Made by a program: the position numbers and the translations under genes. From Planctomycetota bacterium (lineage in GTDB: Bacteria > Planctomycetota > Uabimicrobiia > Uabimicrobiales > JABWCH01): a stretch of 64,000 nt of DNA. The DNA lies in contig JAGVGO010000238.1 of assembly GCA_020057085.1 (NCBI GenBank), positions 1,361 through 65,360 of the forward strand, in the 5' to 3' direction. This document shows, in pieces, positions 63,190 to 64,000 of this stretch; the stretch's first letter is position 1, and the number at the start of each line of letters is the position of its first letter. Under the pieces are notes generated by a model. The model saw only the letters and a list, made by a program, of their open reading frames with translations. It was not told where the DNA came from and made no database searches.

Positions 63190-63429
63190 ATGCCTAAAAA
63201 AAGAAATGAAGCCATCCTCATTCGTAACCATGGCGGTAAACTGGTGGAAGTGCATATCGTGCCGCATAGCCAGAAGCAAGGGAATGCTCGTTTTCAGAGC
63301 GATAATGTGGTAGTCGGAGCGATGGAGACAAGAGCGCTGCCGGAAAGATTCGATGCGCTCATCGAGTGGCTCGATCGCTCCGGTCGCTTGGGGGAAGTAG
63401 AGCAGATGGTCAAAGCGATCTTCGAGTAA
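63190..63429 (+). CDS. Small hypothetical protein (79 aa)
   Basis: ORF lies downstream of a good promoter candidate. Weak RBS and no recognisable motif. Confidence 0.4.
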   Translation: MPKKRNEAILIRNHGGKLVEVHIVPHSQKQGNARFQSDNVVVGAMETRALPERFDALIEWLDRSGRLGEVEQMVKAIFE

Positions 63430-63483
63430 TTAGCTTGACAATGTTAAACCAGAGACCACGTAAAATTTCAGGTAGCGGATAGC

Positions 63484-63717
63484 ATGGTCGTGATAGAACG
63501 CCCGCAGCCCTGGAAAAACCTCGCACAGCCACAGCCAAAAAGCAAATTGCCACCTGGCCTCTCAGACGCCATTCGCCTAAATGCAGAAAAACTGGCAGAT
63601 GCGATAGGCCGAAATGGCGGACCTGTCACCGAAATCGCCGTGCTCAGACAAGGCAAGATAGTGTCGCTGTCGCTGCCAAGCGCAGTGACTTCCCTGCTTA
63701 TTGCCAGTAGAAAATAG
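63484..63717 (+). CDS. Small hypothetical protein (77 aa)
   Basis: ORF co-directional with 63190..63429. Its composition is more protein-like than the overlapping 95-aa minus-strand ORF. No recognisable motif. Confidence 0.35.
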   Translation: MVVIERPQPWKNLAQPQPKSKLPPGLSDAIRLNAEKLADAIGRNGGPVTEIAVLRQGKIVSLSLPSAVTSLLIASRK

Positions 63718-64000
63718 GCAAACCTGGCTGGTGGCAAAACCGTGTATTTGACCAATGAGCGTGTAACCGCCGCTGGCCGTGTTTCATTATGTCTTCGCCA
63801 GGTACCACCTCTTGGAGAATAGCTTATGTTGGAACTTCAGTGGCCGGACGAAAATTTTGTTGAGTAGCCATAGGATTTTGCTATGATAAGGAGGTGGAAG
63901 AAATTCGTAACTCGCTGCCACAACTTTCACGGTATTTATTGAGGAAAACCACTTCATGTTGACGCTGACTACGGAAGAAAAGAAAAAATGGATCGCCACG

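Noticed and set aside
63787-64000. 70-aa minus-strand ORF, and a possible plus-strand gene start (ATG at 63956) running off the window
   Set aside because: The minus ORF has no RBS or motifs. The plus-strand fragment is only 15 codons, too short to support a call.
1-64000. Search for CRISPR arrays, rRNA/tRNA genes, IS elements, integrases or prophage blocks
   Set aside because: I saw no spaced direct-repeat arrays, no transposase-, integrase- or recombinase-like ORFs, and no rRNA- or tRNA-like sequence. The only tandem repeat is the coding 12-mer at 44019-44054. The only mobile-element-flavoured item is the tentative Bro-N-like domain.

Overview
Bacterial chromosomal window, densely coded with about 40 protein genes. 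I saw no rRNA, tRNA, CRISPR array or transposase. All functional calls come from by-eye motif recognition on the supplied ORF translations and the raw sequence; no database searches were run. Content from left to right: (i) The tail of a minus-strand polysaccharide locus: a priming sugar-phosphate transferase, a Wzt/TagH-type ABC ATPase, and a SAM methyltransferase that runs off the window edge. (ii) A discrete minus-strand three-gene unit, bounded by a sigma70-like promoter (12956-12983) and a hairpin terminator (3304-3351). It encodes a 1722-aa single-pass orphan protein, a dynamin-like GTPase carrying tandem MshEN/T2SSE_N-like motifs, and an Hsp70/actin-fold protein with substituted catalytic residues. 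This is my top candidate for an undescribed system. (iii) A plus-strand unit with a coiled-coil Hanks kinase interrupted by one in-frame TAG, a zinc-ribbon membrane protein, and ArnD-like and ArnT-like enzymes. (iv) dcd and a secreted Ntn-type hydrolase. (v) A roughly 10-kb minus-strand run preceded by a long structured leader: 2Fe-2S and molybdopterin hydroxylase subunits, a TM2-domain membrane protein, a Xaa-Pro aminopeptidase, a C-N hydrolase and a kinase-WD40 protein. (vi) A beta-oxidation operon (acyl-CoA dehydrogenase, thiolase, HAD/ECH fusion) with a clean intrinsic terminator. (vii) Envelope-stress-type genes (HEAT lipoprotein, HAAS-PspC-DUF4097-like protein), a CreD N-terminal fragment, and an OPT transporter with a structured upstream element. 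(viii) An NYN-LOTUS protein co-directional with two nucleotide-sugar-type oxidoreductases. (ix) A signalling island with three more Hanks kinases (HEAT; FHA-like/TPR-like; about 14 WD40 repeats), a Bro-N-like protein, and an FHA-GAF-HD-GYP / polytopic membrane / STAS operon. The load of eukaryote-like signalling genes (5 Hanks kinases, WD40, FHA, HEAT) resembles Planctomycetota- or Myxococcota-type genomes, but taxonomy cannot be fixed from this window.
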